From: Planctomycetota bacterium
GTDB taxonomy: Bacteria; Planctomycetota; B15-G4; JADJEK01
Direction: 5' to 3'
Length of the DNA stretch: 64,000 bases
Assembly (NCBI GenBank): GCA_044225365.1
Contig: JBGAIQ010000008.1
Location: 1 to 64,000, forward strand
The notes under the pieces are model-generated. The model saw nothing but the letters and a program-made list of their open reading frames with translations. It was not told where the DNA came from and did not search any database. Of the stretch, positions 27,088 through 38,468 are shown one piece after another. Position 1 is the stretch's first letter; every line of letters starts with the position of its first letter. Both the position numbers and the translations under genes were made by a program.

Positions 27088-29091
27088 ATGTACCCTCGTC
27101 GTTTCAGCGCCTTCCTGCTCGTGATCGCGGGAAGCGGCGCGCTCGAAGCGCAAAGCGAGATTCGAGAATTCCTCGGCGATCACGCGGGGGACGCGATGGG
27201 GTCGTCCGTGGCTCGCGCCGGCGACGTGAACGGGGACGGCGTCGCGGACGCGATCGTTGGCGCGGTCTGCGGACTCGCTGCGAGCGACAACACGCCTGGA
27301 TATGCGCGGGTCTACTCGGGAATCGACGGAACTGCGCTGTGGACGGTTCACTCCCAATTCAGTGGCGACGGTTTCGGTATCGCGGTCGCGGGCGGGGCGG
27401 ATTTCGATGGTGACGGCGTCCCGGACTTCCTCGTGGGCGCGCCGGGGAACTTCTGGTCCGTCTTCGTCGATTTGAAGGACAAGGATCCCGGCCACGTTCG
27501 CGTGTACTCCGGAGCGAACGGAACGTTGTTGCTCAACGTGAAGGGCATTCCGGTGATCGGAGGCTTCGGCTCTTCGCTGGCGATCACCGGCGACATGGAT
27601 CTCGACGGCGTCGTCGATTTCGTGGCGGGCGCACCCGGATGGTCCGTCGATTCCGAGGGCGCATGCCACGTCGTGTCCGGAGCGAATGGCTCCAGGATCC
27701 ATGATGCATTCGGAACGTCGGCGCAGGGCTGGTTGGGATCGATCCCCATCGTCGTCGGCGATCACTTCGGAGCCACTGTCGCCGGTCCCGGAGATCTCGA
27801 CGACGACGGCGTACCGGACTTCGTCGCCGGCACGCGGGCGGACGGGTTCTCCGGCAAGAGCGGTAACAAGGCCAGAGCATTCTCGGGCGCGACCGGGAAC
27901 ATGCTCTACGAGCTGAAGGGAGAAAAGCCGTCGGATGAACTCGGCGTGGTGATCGCCTCCGCCGGCGACATGAACGCCGACGGCGCGCCCGAAGTCGCGG
28001 TCAGCGCGCTCTCCGACTCCCTTCAGAAGAACGTGAAGTGCGGCAGCGTTCGCATCGTTTCGGGGAAATCCGCGGAACTGCTCCTGTTCCTGTCCGGGGA
28101 GCTCGACCACCGGCGATTCGGAAGCTCGCTCGCCGGGCTCGGCGACGTGAACGACGACGGCCGCGACGACCTCGCGGTCGCGGTTCGAGGCAGTGCGTCC
28201 GAGACCAGCGGGGTACGCATCCATGGCGGCAGCGACGGCAACCTGCTGGCGTCGTGGCACTACGCGGAGCCGGAAGGCGGCTATCCGCTCCAACTGGCCG
28301 CAGCCGGCGACGTCGATCAGGATGGCACGCGCGATCTCTTGGTCGGCGCGGCGACTCACGCAGACTCAGGCCATGCGCACCTCGTTTCCATCGGCTCCAC
28401 ACTGCAGCTTCCGCCCGAGTCGCAGAGCTTCTTCCCCGGTGACGTGCTCGACGGGTCGATCGAAATGAACGGCGACGCCGATTCTTGTCACTTCCTCGCC
28501 GTCGCCGGTTCGACTCTGGAAGTGAACATCACCGTGCTCTCCGGCTCGCTCGTACCGGTCGTCTCCCTCCATACCGTGAACGACCTCACGGTGGGGCCGG
28601 CGATCGCGACCACGACGTTGACCGTGCCCTCGGGTTCGGTCACGATCGAGATCGACGAGCTCGCGCAATACGCACTGCAGATCGAGGGCGAGAACGGCAC
28701 GACTGGAGACTATCGGGTGAAGACGTCGATCGAACTCCCGCCGCTCGCCGCGAGCCGAAGCGTTTCGAGTACCGCTAAGAAGAAGAAGCAGGGGAAGTAC
28801 TTCGCCGAGGCCCCGTTCACGGCGCTCGCCGGCAGTCGTCTGGACGTGGTCCTCACCGCCCCGCAGGGAGTGCTTCCATCCGCCGCGCTCGTCGATCCAT
28901 CGGGACACGAGGTGAAGAAATCTCAATACAGCGTGACGGTCGTTGGCCACCAGTTGAAGATCAAGAAGGCTCCGATCATGACGAGTGGCGATTACAAGCT
29001 TCGTGCGTTCGGCGGCGAGAAGGGCGACTCGTTCGAGTTCGAGATCTCGCCCTTGCCGCCAGGCACCGGGCTGACACTGAACGTGGATTGA
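27088..29091 (+). CDS. Secreted FG-GAP (integrin-alpha-like beta-propeller) protein with C-terminal beta-sandwich domains
   Basis: Signal peptide; about 7 repeats of FG.S...GD.NGDG..D..VGAP; C-terminal PPC-like DADSCHFLAVAGSTLEV. Confidence 0.9.
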   Translation: MYPRRFSAFLLVIAGSGALEAQSEIREFLGDHAGDAMGSSVARAGDVNGDGVADAIVGAVCGLAASDNTPGYARVYSGIDGTALWTVHSQFSGDGFGIAVAGGADFDGDGVPDFLVGAPGNFWSVFVDLKDKDPGHVRVYSGANGTLLLNVKGIPVIGGFGSSLAITGDMDLDGVVDFVAGAPGWSVDSEGACHVVSGANGSRIHDAFGTSAQGWLGSIPIVVGDHFGATVAGPGDLDDDGVPDFVAGTRADGFSGKSGNKARAFSGATGNMLYELKGEKPSDELGVVIASAGDMNADGAPEVAVSALSDSLQKNVKCGSVRIVSGKSAELLLFLSGELDHRRFGSSLAGLGDVNDDGRDDLAVAVRGSASETSGVRIHGGSDGNLLASWHYAEPEGGYPLQLAAAGDVDQDGTRDLLVGAATHADSGHAHLVSIGSTLQLPPESQSFFPGDVLDGSIEMNGDADSCHFLAVAGSTLEVNITVLSGSLVPVVSLHTVNDLTVGPAIATTTLTVPSGSVTIEIDELAQYALQIEGENGTTGDYRVKTSIELPPLAASRSVSSTAKKKKQGKYFAEAPFTALAGSRLDVVLTAPQGVLPSAALVDPSGHEVKKSQYSVTVVGHQLKIKKAPIMTSGDYKLRAFGGEKGDSFEFEISPLPPGTGLTLNVD

Positions 29092-29301
29092 AGGCGCCGG
29101 CTCCGCCGGGCATGGCTCCGCCTGCGGTTCGATCGATTTCGAAGGAACCACAGCGAAGAAGGAACGCTTCGATCTTCGGTCGCTCGCATTGCAATCTCGC
29201 GCGAAGTCGCTCAGGCTCACACATGGGGACGTGGACGACCCTCCGGACCGCAACACGGCGTCGGAGGAAATTCGCGCCGCTCTGCGTGCCGGACGACTCG
29301 T

Positions 29302-30546
29302 TCAAATTCCCGCCTTCACCTGAACGTAGGCGGTCGCCGCCTCGAGCGTGGAATGCGGCGCGATCATGAACCCTTGCATGGCGACGGTCATTCCGTCCGC
29401 AAACGCCGCGGGCAGTGGGAACGCCAGGAAGTTCATCACCTGGCTCCCGGAGCTCGGGATGCTTCCGAGCAGGATCGGACCCGCGAACTGGAAGTCCATG
29501 AGGAGCGCATTTTGATACGGCGCGGGGACGAAGTAGTTCGTGCCGAAGCCGCCGACGAGCACCGCGACCGAGGCTCCGGGCTCACCCTGGATCTTCAATT
29601 GAGCGACGCCTCCCGTTCGCACTGGACTCGAGATCTCGAGTGCCATCGCGGGCGACGGCAGATAGGTCACGGAGTTCCCGTTGTCCGTGATCGGAGGCTC
29701 CAGGTTCGGACACATCGAAGGTGACGGTCCGACGGCCACCGACGAATCGCGCAGCCACGCATGACTCAGGAGATCGAAGAAGCGGATGCCCGCGCAGAAC
29801 GAGAATCCGCAATTCGAAGCACCACCCATGAAGTTGCAGTCCGACGCCATCAATCTCGATTGGGTCAACGCGACACCCGCCGAGATCGAAGCGGCCTGAT
29901 ACGGACAAAAGACGCCGCCGCGGACGTCCGATCCATGGATCGTTGCCTTCGAGTTGAGAAGATCGACGCCCGGTCCGGGCCCCAGCGTCACGCCGAAAGG
30001 TTGAGAGCCTGCAAGGCCGTTTCCACCGGTGACCACGCATCGCTCGAGGACGAGGTTCTTTGAATCCCATGCGCGAATCCCGGGCGTCGAGTCGACGAAC
30101 GAGATCGTCGACCCCTTGCCGCGTTCGCCGGTGATCGAGCAGTCTTCGAACCACACCATCCCGGCGCATCCCGTGCACTCCGCGCCGGGATGAGCGGCGA
30201 AGACCGCTTGCGGAGTAGCGCTGGTGACCGTGAGCCCGCGAACGACGACTCGGGAATTCGCCGGAACGGCTTCCACGTCGAGCGCGGGAATCGTGACCGG
30301 GATCTGCGAGTCGCGAATCAGCGTGAGACCCTTGCCCAAGATCTTGACGACGGGATTCTGAGTCGTCGAGTCATACCTGCCGGAGCGGATCAGCAGGATG
30401 TCGCCGTCCGACGCTGCGTCGATCGCGTTCTGGAGAGCCAACGTGCCGGGCTGACCCTGCGGGTCGACAACGACGACCCCCGCGACCGCATGGCCCCCCG
30501 AACCGATTCCCAATCCGAGTACGAGGCGAATCCAATTCGAAGTCAT
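29302..30546 (-). CDS. Secreted protein with pectin-lyase-like beta-helix and a C-terminal beta domain
   Basis: C-terminal part of ORF 29302..31944; signal peptide; VVVVD...LQNAIDAASDGDILLIRSGRY. Confidence 0.8.
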   Translation of the reverse strand: MTSNWIRLVLGLGIGSGGHAVAGVVVVDPQGQPGTLALQNAIDAASDGDILLIRSGRYDSTTQNPVVKILGKGLTLIRDSQIPVTIPALDVEAVPANSRVVVRGLTVTSATPQAVFAAHPGAECTGCAGMVWFEDCSITGERGKGSTISFVDSTPGIRAWDSKNLVLERCVVTGGNGLAGSQPFGVTLGPGPGVDLLNSKATIHGSDVRGGVFCPYQAASISAGVALTQSRLMASDCNFMGGASNCGFSFCAGIRFFDLLSHAWLRDSSVAVGPSPSMCPNLEPPITDNGNSVTYLPSPAMALEISSPVRTGGVAQLKIQGEPGASVAVLVGGFGTNYFVPAPYQNALLMDFQFAGPILLGSIPSSGSQVMNFLAFPLPAAFADGMTVAMQGFMIAPHSTLEAATAYVQVKAGI

Positions 30547-30813
30547 ACCGACTCCATTCTCACCCCACACGATGATCTGTCGCGGAACGACGATATCCGA
30601 AAGGTCCCATGCCGCCGCGTGCGATGTCGTCGAGATCCGAATTTTCGCTCGGCCCGGCGCAGTGGAGTTGGTAACAGCGTTGGATCGCGAGCCCGAATTC
30701 GAAGACAGACCGGTCCGTCGGTATGGCTCGCACGGAGTGACGGTCGCACGCTTCGAGTCCTTCGGGATCGGGTCGTGCTGGACTCGATTCGCGTTCTCAC
30801 GGACTTGACCCCC

Positions 30814-31887
<1,074 letters not shown>

Positions 31888-32012
31888 ATCCGCACTGCGC
31901 TCCAACTCACGCGTTTCCGGCGCGTTCGTAGGTTCACGCCGCAAACCCCGGCGGCGACCTTGTTATCCTGCCCGCCCACTTGCCTCCCCACTCCTGAAGG
32001 AGTTCGCATCCG

Positions 32013-35000
32013 ATGCGCGAACGAGTGCCTGCCTCCATCGTCATGGCGTTCTTCTCCTTCCCCGTCGTCGTGGCGTGCACCGGCCTCGCGGGAGAGCGCG
32101 TCGCCGCGGACGCACAGCCGCGACTCGGGAAGGATCCGGCGACATCCGGAGAAACGCTGCTCCTCCAGGATCCCGCGCTCGGACCGCAGAGCGTCGTGTT
32201 CGTGTACGCGCAGGACCTCTGGGTCGCGCCGCGAGCGGGCGGCACGGCGCGCCGACTCACGAGCAGTCCAGGCACCGAGAGCCATCCGCGGATCTCGCCC
32301 GACGGCAAACTCGTCGCGTTCACCGGTCAATACGAGGGCAACAGCGACGTCTATGTCATCCCGACGGAAGGCGGTGCGCCGCGCCGGCTCACCTGGCACC
32401 CCGGAGTCGATCGAGTCGTCGATTGGAATCCGGACGGCAAGAGCGTCCTGTTCGCGAGCAGCCGTGAATCAGGCGCGCCGGTCGATCACCTGTTCCTCGT
32501 CGACGTCGACGGCGGACCCGAGCGAGCGCTCCCCGTTCCGCGGGTGTACCACGCGACGTACGCCGCCGATGGCGCGCACATCGCCTACACCGTGATCGCG
32601 GACGCGTTCCGCACCTGGAAGCGCTACCGCGGCGGCACCATGGGCCCGATCTGGATCCTCGATCTGAAGACGCTCGACGTCGAGGAAGTCCCGCACGAGC
32701 GCGCGAGCGACACCTTCCCCTGCTTCGCCGGGGATTCGCTCTTCTTCGCATCCGATCGCGACCTCCACATGAACGTGTGGCGCTACGCCCGCGACACCAA
32801 GAAGGTCACTCAGGTCACCCACTTCACCGATTACGACGTGCGCAACATGACCTCCGACGGGAGCTCGGTCGTCTTCGAGCAGGGCGGACGCCTCCACCTC
32901 CTCGATCCGAAGTCGAACGCCGTGACGACACTCCACATCACGGTTCCGAACGACGGGCTCTACGCGGTCCCGCGCTGGGAGGACGCCAAGGGCTCGATCC
33001 GCAACGCCGAGATCGCACCGAATGGCAAGCGCGCGGTCTTCGAGGCGCGGGGCGAGATCGTCACCGTTCCGAAGGAGCACGGCGATACCCGCAATCTCAC
33101 GCAGTCCCCCGGAGTGCACGACCGCGATCCCGAATGGAGTCCCGACGGCAAGTCGATCGCATGGTTCTCCGACGCGAGCGGAGAATATCAGCTCCTGATC
33201 GCCGATCAGCTCGGGCGGGAGGCGCCGCGCGCGTTCCCGATTCCGGGCGGAGCCGGGTTCTACCGCAATCCGACGTGGAGCCCGGACAGCAAGAAGATCG
33301 CATTCCTCGACAAGGCGGGACGACTCGCATACCTCTCGCCCGAGAATGGCGCCCTCACGGAAATCGCGCGACTCGCGGGCAGCCTCGGCGAAGTGCAGAG
33401 CTCGATCGCCTGGTCGCCCGATTCGAAGTGGATCGCGTACGAGGCTCCGGACGCGAAGACGCTCTACGCGCGCATCGCGTTGTTCGACGTCGGAAGCGGC
33501 AAGAGCACCGTGCTCACGGACGCGTTCGGCGACTGCGGATCGCCCGTCTTCTCGCGCGACATGAAGCACCTGTTCTTCACCGCGTCGATCCAGTCCGGCC
33601 CGACGCAGTTCGGACTCAACATGAACGCCGGCGCTCACCGCGACGGCGAGAACTCGATCTACGTCGCCGTGCTCCAGAAGAGCGGCAAGAATCCGCTCTT
33701 CCCGAAGAGCGACGAAGGCGTTCCGAGCGAAGACGACAAGAAGGGAAAGGGCGACCCGAACGACGCCCCGAAAGATGGGTCGAAAGATGGCCCGAAGGAC
33801 GCGGTCAAGCCCGCCGACGGCGCGGCGCCCGAAGGGGCGAAGGAGCCCGCGAAGAAGGACGGAGAGAAAGACGCGAAGAAGAAGGACCTGCCCGCGCTCG
33901 ATCTCGACGGGCTCGATCAGCGCATCCTCGCGCTCCCGCTCCCTTCATCCCGCTACCGCAGGCTCGCGACGACGAAGGACAAGCTCCTCTTCATCGAGAG
34001 CGGCGACGGATCGGGCGGCAGCGACCTCAAGGCCTTCGACTTCGATTCGAAGAAGGCGGAGACGATCGTTGCGAAGGCCGGCTCCGTGAAGGTTTCGGCG
34101 GATGGCGAATCGCTCCTCGTCGGAGTCGCTGGTTCGTATCAGATCACGAACGCGTCGGGCAAGGACGGCAAGACTCTCGCGATCGAAGCGGTGAAGTTGA
34201 AGGTCGATCCCACCGCCGAGTGGCCCGAGATCCTGCGCGATGCGTGGCGGATCGAACGCGACTACTTCTACGATCCGAACATGCACGGCGTCGACTGGCC
34301 CGCGATGTGGGAGCGTTGGTCCGCGTTCCTCCCCCACGTGCGCCATCGCGACGATCTGAATCTCCTCATCTCCGAGATGATCGGTGAGCTGTGCTGCGGA
34401 CACGAGTACGTGTCGGGTGGCGAATCTCCGAGCGCGCCGGATGGAGTATCGGTCGGCCTCCTCGGTTGCGATGTGACGATCGATCAGGGTCGCTTCAAGA
34501 TCACGAAGATCTATCGCGGGCAGAACTGGAACGTCGGACTGCGCGCGCCACTCTGCGAGCCCGGCGTCGATGCTCACGTCGGTGACTACATCGTCCGCGT
34601 GAACGGCGTCGACCTCACCGCCGACCAGAACTTCTTCCGCGCGTTCGAGAACACCGCGAATCGACAAGTCGATCTCGAACTCTCCGCGAAGGCGGACGGC
34701 AGTGATCCCCGCAAGATGAAGGTCGTGCCGCTCGGCAACGAAGCGAGCCTGCGTCGCATGGCGTGGGTCGAGCAGAACCGCAAGCGGGTCGACGAACTCT
34801 CGGGTGGGAAACTCGCGTACGTCTACATGCCGAACACGGGCGATCAGGGCGAAGCCGCGTTCGATCGCGACTTCTACAGTCAGATCGACAAGGCCGGACT
34901 CGTGCTCGACGAACGCTTCAACGGCGGCGGCAAAGTAGCGGACTACGTCATCGACGTGCTCGAGCGCAAGCGCCGCTGCCTGTGGATGACGCGCGAAGCG

Positions 35001-35408
35001 TGGCTCGGTCAGACGCCGTACGGAATCATCGATGGTCCGAAGGTGATGATCATCAACGAGCGCGCGGGCTCGGGCGGCGACTGCATGCCGTGGATGTTCC
35101 AGAACGCAAAGATCGGCAAGCTCGTCGGAACGCGAACCTGGGGCGGGCTCGTCGGCATCTCGGCCTATCCGCCCCTCATGGATGGCGGCTCGGTGACGGC
35201 TGCGAGCTTCGGTGTGATGGACGTGAACGGCGACTGGGCCGTCGAGAACGAGGGCGTCACGCCCGACTTCCCGGTCGTCGAGTATCCGAAGGACATCGAG
35301 GCCGGTCGCGATCCCCAGCTCGAGAAGGCGGTCGAGGTCGCACTCGCGGAGCTGGCCTCGCTCCCCGCCCCGAAGGTCCACGGCTACAAGCCGCCGAAGA
35401 AGCGCTGA
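32013..35408 (+). CDS. Tricorn protease homolog (S41, PD40 propellers, PDZ)
   Basis: PD40 repeats, WKRYRGG, DYFYDPNMHGVDW, DERFNGGG, GSGGD catalytic Ser, GTRTWGG, ENEGVTPD, GRDPQLE. Confidence 0.95.
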   Translation: MRERVPASIVMAFFSFPVVVACTGLAGERVAADAQPRLGKDPATSGETLLLQDPALGPQSVVFVYAQDLWVAPRAGGTARRLTSSPGTESHPRISPDGKLVAFTGQYEGNSDVYVIPTEGGAPRRLTWHPGVDRVVDWNPDGKSVLFASSRESGAPVDHLFLVDVDGGPERALPVPRVYHATYAADGAHIAYTVIADAFRTWKRYRGGTMGPIWILDLKTLDVEEVPHERASDTFPCFAGDSLFFASDRDLHMNVWRYARDTKKVTQVTHFTDYDVRNMTSDGSSVVFEQGGRLHLLDPKSNAVTTLHITVPNDGLYAVPRWEDAKGSIRNAEIAPNGKRAVFEARGEIVTVPKEHGDTRNLTQSPGVHDRDPEWSPDGKSIAWFSDASGEYQLLIADQLGREAPRAFPIPGGAGFYRNPTWSPDSKKIAFLDKAGRLAYLSPENGALTEIARLAGSLGEVQSSIAWSPDSKWIAYEAPDAKTLYARIALFDVGSGKSTVLTDAFGDCGSPVFSRDMKHLFFTASIQSGPTQFGLNMNAGAHRDGENSIYVAVLQKSGKNPLFPKSDEGVPSEDDKKGKGDPNDAPKDGSKDGPKDAVKPADGAAPEGAKEPAKKDGEKDAKKKDLPALDLDGLDQRILALPLPSSRYRRLATTKDKLLFIESGDGSGGSDLKAFDFDSKKAETIVAKAGSVKVSADGESLLVGVAGSYQITNASGKDGKTLAIEAVKLKVDPTAEWPEILRDAWRIERDYFYDPNMHGVDWPAMWERWSAFLPHVRHRDDLNLLISEMIGELCCGHEYVSGGESPSAPDGVSVGLLGCDVTIDQGRFKITKIYRGQNWNVGLRAPLCEPGVDAHVGDYIVRVNGVDLTADQNFFRAFENTANRQVDLELSAKADGSDPRKMKVVPLGNEASLRRMAWVEQNRKRVDELSGGKLAYVYMPNTGDQGEAAFDRDFYSQIDKAGLVLDERFNGGGKVADYVIDVLERKRRCLWMTREAWLGQTPYGIIDGPKVMIINERAGSGGDCMPWMFQNAKIGKLVGTRTWGGLVGISAYPPLMDGGSVTAASFGVMDVNGDWAVENEGVTPDFPVVEYPKDIEAGRDPQLEKAVEVALAELASLPAPKVHGYKPPKKR

Positions 35409-35593
35409 TCGTCCGAGGGCGAAGTTCGTGCATTTTTCTCGCGAGACGAATCGCGAGATCGCCGGATGAAGCAGCGTGTCCCGTGAATACCGAGGTCGCT
35501 TCGTGTCGACGAAGCGATCTCGAGAGTTCGTACGAGACGGGAAAACCATTGCCCGGATCCAGCTCTTTGTAACGCCCGTACAAGGAGCTTTCC

Positions 35594-36478
35594 GTGTTCA
35601 ACGCCGCAACGATCCGTTTCGCTTCCATCGCGCTCGCAGTCGTCGCCCTTACTTCGGCCCCTGCGCATGCCGCGAACCCCAACAAACTCGCTCTCGACAA
35701 ATTCACCAAGGACTCGGCCGCGCTGCTGAAGACCTTCAAAGGTCAGTTGAAGCAGGAGCGCAAGCTGCTCGAGCTGGGATTCGTCAGCATCGACGCGAAG
35801 CTCGACAACTCGACGGCGACCACTGCCGACGCGACGCAGATGTTCAATCTGCTCGAAGGCCTTCAGTTCGACACCCGCGGTATGGTCGAGCAGTTCAATA
35901 TCGACGTCGCCGCCGCGCTCGGTTCCGCGATGATGCTGCTCCCCGACCAAGGCGTCGATGCAAAGCTGTGGCCCAAGGGATTCCGCATGGGTGACGGCGG
36001 GTACTCCGACAAGCTCCACGGCAAGGCGGACGCCGCGATCCGCAGCTACTACGCCGCAATCGACAAGCGCTGCCGCCTCATGATCGCGAAGTTCGAGACG
36101 AAGGTGCACCTCGGCATCTGCCTGCGCATCCAGCCTGCGGCCTACATCGTCGAATCCGCCACGGTCCCCGGTGGCGCCGGAATGGCGACCGCGCTCAATC
36201 CCCTCACGATCGACCTCGCGCTCACCGTCAGCAATCTGACGCTCGCCAACGACGGAACGATCCACCTCGGCGGCGGCGGCTTCTCGAACGACAACGCGAT
36301 TCGACTGTTCGTGAACAACCCGAATGGCTCGGGTCTCTTCAACACCTTCACGGTGGGAGCCTCGCATCGCTGGACGCAGACGCTCTCGAGCCGCCCGGAG
36401 GGAACGTTCCAGTTCGACATCGAGCATCAGCAGGGCAACTACGCCGGCGCCGGCATCGCGGCGATCAGCGTGCGCTGA
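35594..36478 (+). CDS. Secreted hypothetical protein
   Basis: AAGGAG RBS, GTG start, signal peptide ending in AHA, GC3-rich codons. Confidence 0.8.
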   Translation: MFNAATIRFASIALAVVALTSAPAHAANPNKLALDKFTKDSAALLKTFKGQLKQERKLLELGFVSIDAKLDNSTATTADATQMFNLLEGLQFDTRGMVEQFNIDVAAALGSAMMLLPDQGVDAKLWPKGFRMGDGGYSDKLHGKADAAIRSYYAAIDKRCRLMIAKFETKVHLGICLRIQPAAYIVESATVPGGAGMATALNPLTIDLALTVSNLTLANDGTIHLGGGGFSNDNAIRLFVNNPNGSGLFNTFTVGASHRWTQTLSSRPEGTFQFDIEHQQGNYAGAGIAAISVR

Positions 36479-36509
36479 GCCATCGGTTCGATTTCCGACG
36501 AACGAAGAA

Positions 36510-36546
36510 CGCCGCCGTCCCGCGAATCCTTCGCGAGACGGCGGCG
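36510..36546. terminator. GC-rich hairpin between convergent genes (intrinsic terminator, probably for the minus-strand peroxidase)
   Basis: CGCCGCCGTC-C-CGCGAA-TCC-TTCGCG-A-GACGGCGGCG; followed by TTCTTCGTT on the minus strand. Confidence 0.65.
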
Positions 36547-36585
36547 CCGTATTGGGCCCGCCGAATTCGGGCGGCGAGCGATCGA

Positions 36586-38262
36586 TCAGTTCGAAGCGAA
36601 CAACCGAATCTCGAGCCCGGGCGTCGTCGCGAATCCGTTCTTGCCGTCGGTGTCGACGATGAACGCCTGGAGGAAGAGTTCGAAACCGGCGAGCGTCGGC
36701 GTGTTCGGCAGCGCCCACGTCAATGACGTGAAGCCCCCGCCGGCCCCGGTGCCCAGCATCGAGCCGATCGGCAACACGGTGAATGCGAACGATCCCGCGA
36801 GATGGAACGGTAAGCCGGCCACCACGGTATCGGGCGGCGACGCCGCGACGTCGAGCGCAAGGATCGTCGGCGCGCCGCCGAGCGCATCGGCGATTCCGAA
36901 CGTGAACCCAGGATTGCCCAGCATCGGGGGCTCGAGCGCGACGAATCGCGGCGTGAATCCACCGCTGCCGGGTGAACCGAGGCCATACGACTGCGGAACC
37001 TTCGCGCTCTCGGAGTACAGCAGCGGACGATCGAAAGGCGCGACGCCGGCCGCCACCCGGGGGTCCGTGAGCGCGGAGAGGAACGCGACGAGATTGGCCT
37101 TCTGCGTCGGATTCAGATTGAGCGGGTGGATCACCGGATCCTGATTGAGGTGGAAGTCGCCACCGCGGTCGTAGAAGTTCACGACGTCGAGCAACGTCGC
37201 CATCTCGCCGTTGTGGAAGTAGGGACCGCGCAGCGCCACGTTGCGGAGGTTCGGCGTCTTGAACCGGCCATTGTCCCCGGGATTTCCGGTGATCGCGCCG
37301 CGCCCCAAGTCCTCGAAGATCGGGCGGACTCCGTTGTTGTGGAACGCCTGATCGGTCTGCAGCGGTCCGCCGTGACAAGGAACGCACGTCCCGGGTGTCG
37401 TGAAGAGATTGAATCCCGCGAGCTGCTGTGGAGTCAGCGCATTGGGGACGCCGGCGAGGAAGTTGTCGAACGGCGACTGATTCGAGACGAGCGAACGCTC
37501 GTAGGTCGCGATCGCCATCGCGATCCGCGACGGCGTGATCCCGGCGCTGCCGAAGGCTTCGGTGAAGAGGGCCGCGTAGGGCCGTCCGTTGATCCACAGC
37601 GAGAGCGCGGGCGGGATCACGGGGGCGAGCGCGAGAGGCGTCACGCTCGTGATCCGATTCGCGACATCGGTCCAGGTGCGGCTGACCGAACCCATCTCCA
37701 CGTCACTGACGGGCGGGCCGACGCTCTGCGACTCGAGTGCGGCGAGATTCTGCAACACCACGGCGCCCGTCAGCGGATCCGTGAACACGTTGTCCGCGCG
37801 ACCGTCCCAGAACAGTCGCGGCGCGTACGCGGCGTTGATCATCGACGGCGCCTTTCGCGGCGTCACCTGAGGTACGAGGTCGAACGGCGCCTCCTTCACG
37901 AGTGCGCCCGACGCACTGTTCTTCACGACGCCCGGCGAGCCGGTGACGTCGTCGGGAGTTCCGAACAGGGTGTCGAATCCGGGATGCGTGGCGAACGAGC
38001 TGTCCAGGATCGAGCGGGGATCCGAGCCGCCACGCGTCGGGATGTGGCACGTTCCACACGCGACGGTCCGATCGGCGGAGAGCTGCTCGTCCCAGAACAG
38101 GGTCTTTCCCAGGTTGATCTTCGCCGGCGTGATCGGGTTGCCAAGAGGCACGGGCGGAGGCGGGAGCGGTCCGGGCGGCGGCGGCGGCGGCGGCGGTGCC
38201 TGCGAGAAGGCGGTGGCGGATACGAGGGACCAAAGCAGCAGCGAGAGCGTGACACTGCGCAT
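36586..38262 (-). CDS. Di-heme cytochrome c peroxidase/MauG family protein with C-terminal extension
   Basis: Signal peptide, poly-Pro, LGKTLFWDEQLS, CGTCH, LFWDGRA, CVPCH, FKTPNLRNV..RGPYFHNG. Confidence 0.92.
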   Translation of the reverse strand: MRSVTLSLLLWSLVSATAFSQAPPPPPPPPGPLPPPPVPLGNPITPAKINLGKTLFWDEQLSADRTVACGTCHIPTRGGSDPRSILDSSFATHPGFDTLFGTPDDVTGSPGVVKNSASGALVKEAPFDLVPQVTPRKAPSMINAAYAPRLFWDGRADNVFTDPLTGAVVLQNLAALESQSVGPPVSDVEMGSVSRTWTDVANRITSVTPLALAPVIPPALSLWINGRPYAALFTEAFGSAGITPSRIAMAIATYERSLVSNQSPFDNFLAGVPNALTPQQLAGFNLFTTPGTCVPCHGGPLQTDQAFHNNGVRPIFEDLGRGAITGNPGDNGRFKTPNLRNVALRGPYFHNGEMATLLDVVNFYDRGGDFHLNQDPVIHPLNLNPTQKANLVAFLSALTDPRVAAGVAPFDRPLLYSESAKVPQSYGLGSPGSGGFTPRFVALEPPMLGNPGFTFGIADALGGAPTILALDVAASPPDTVVAGLPFHLAGSFAFTVLPIGSMLGTGAGGGFTSLTWALPNTPTLAGFELFLQAFIVDTDGKNGFATTPGLEIRLFASN

Positions 38263-38405
38263 GCCTGTCTCCGAGAGCGTTCGAGATGGGAGTCGTGCGA
38301 TGCGAGACCCGTCGTCGGTTTCGTCATCGCTCGGCAGTTCGTGCCGATGGCGGACTTGAAACCGCGAGGCCACGCGGGAGTGGCGTGGAAGATCGCCGGA
38401 TTCCC

Positions 38406-38441
38406 GGGAATTTCGAAGGGAATTCCGAGGGGAATTCAGAA
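38406..38441. repeat. Three tandem 12-bp repeats in the peroxidase upstream region
   Basis: GGGAATTTCGAA GGGAATTCCGAG GGGAATTCAGAA. Confidence 0.7.
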
Positions 38442-38468
38442 GTCCCGGATCGCGAACTCGCATTCTCC

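Noticed and set aside
35530-35590. c-di-GMP-I riboswitch (GGAAAACCATTGC resemblance)
   Set aside because: Lacks the GNRA-capped P2 and the GACGCAAAGC core
38175-38197. GGC trinucleotide run as a contingency locus
   Set aside because: In-frame poly-proline linker after the signal peptide; cannot phase-shift
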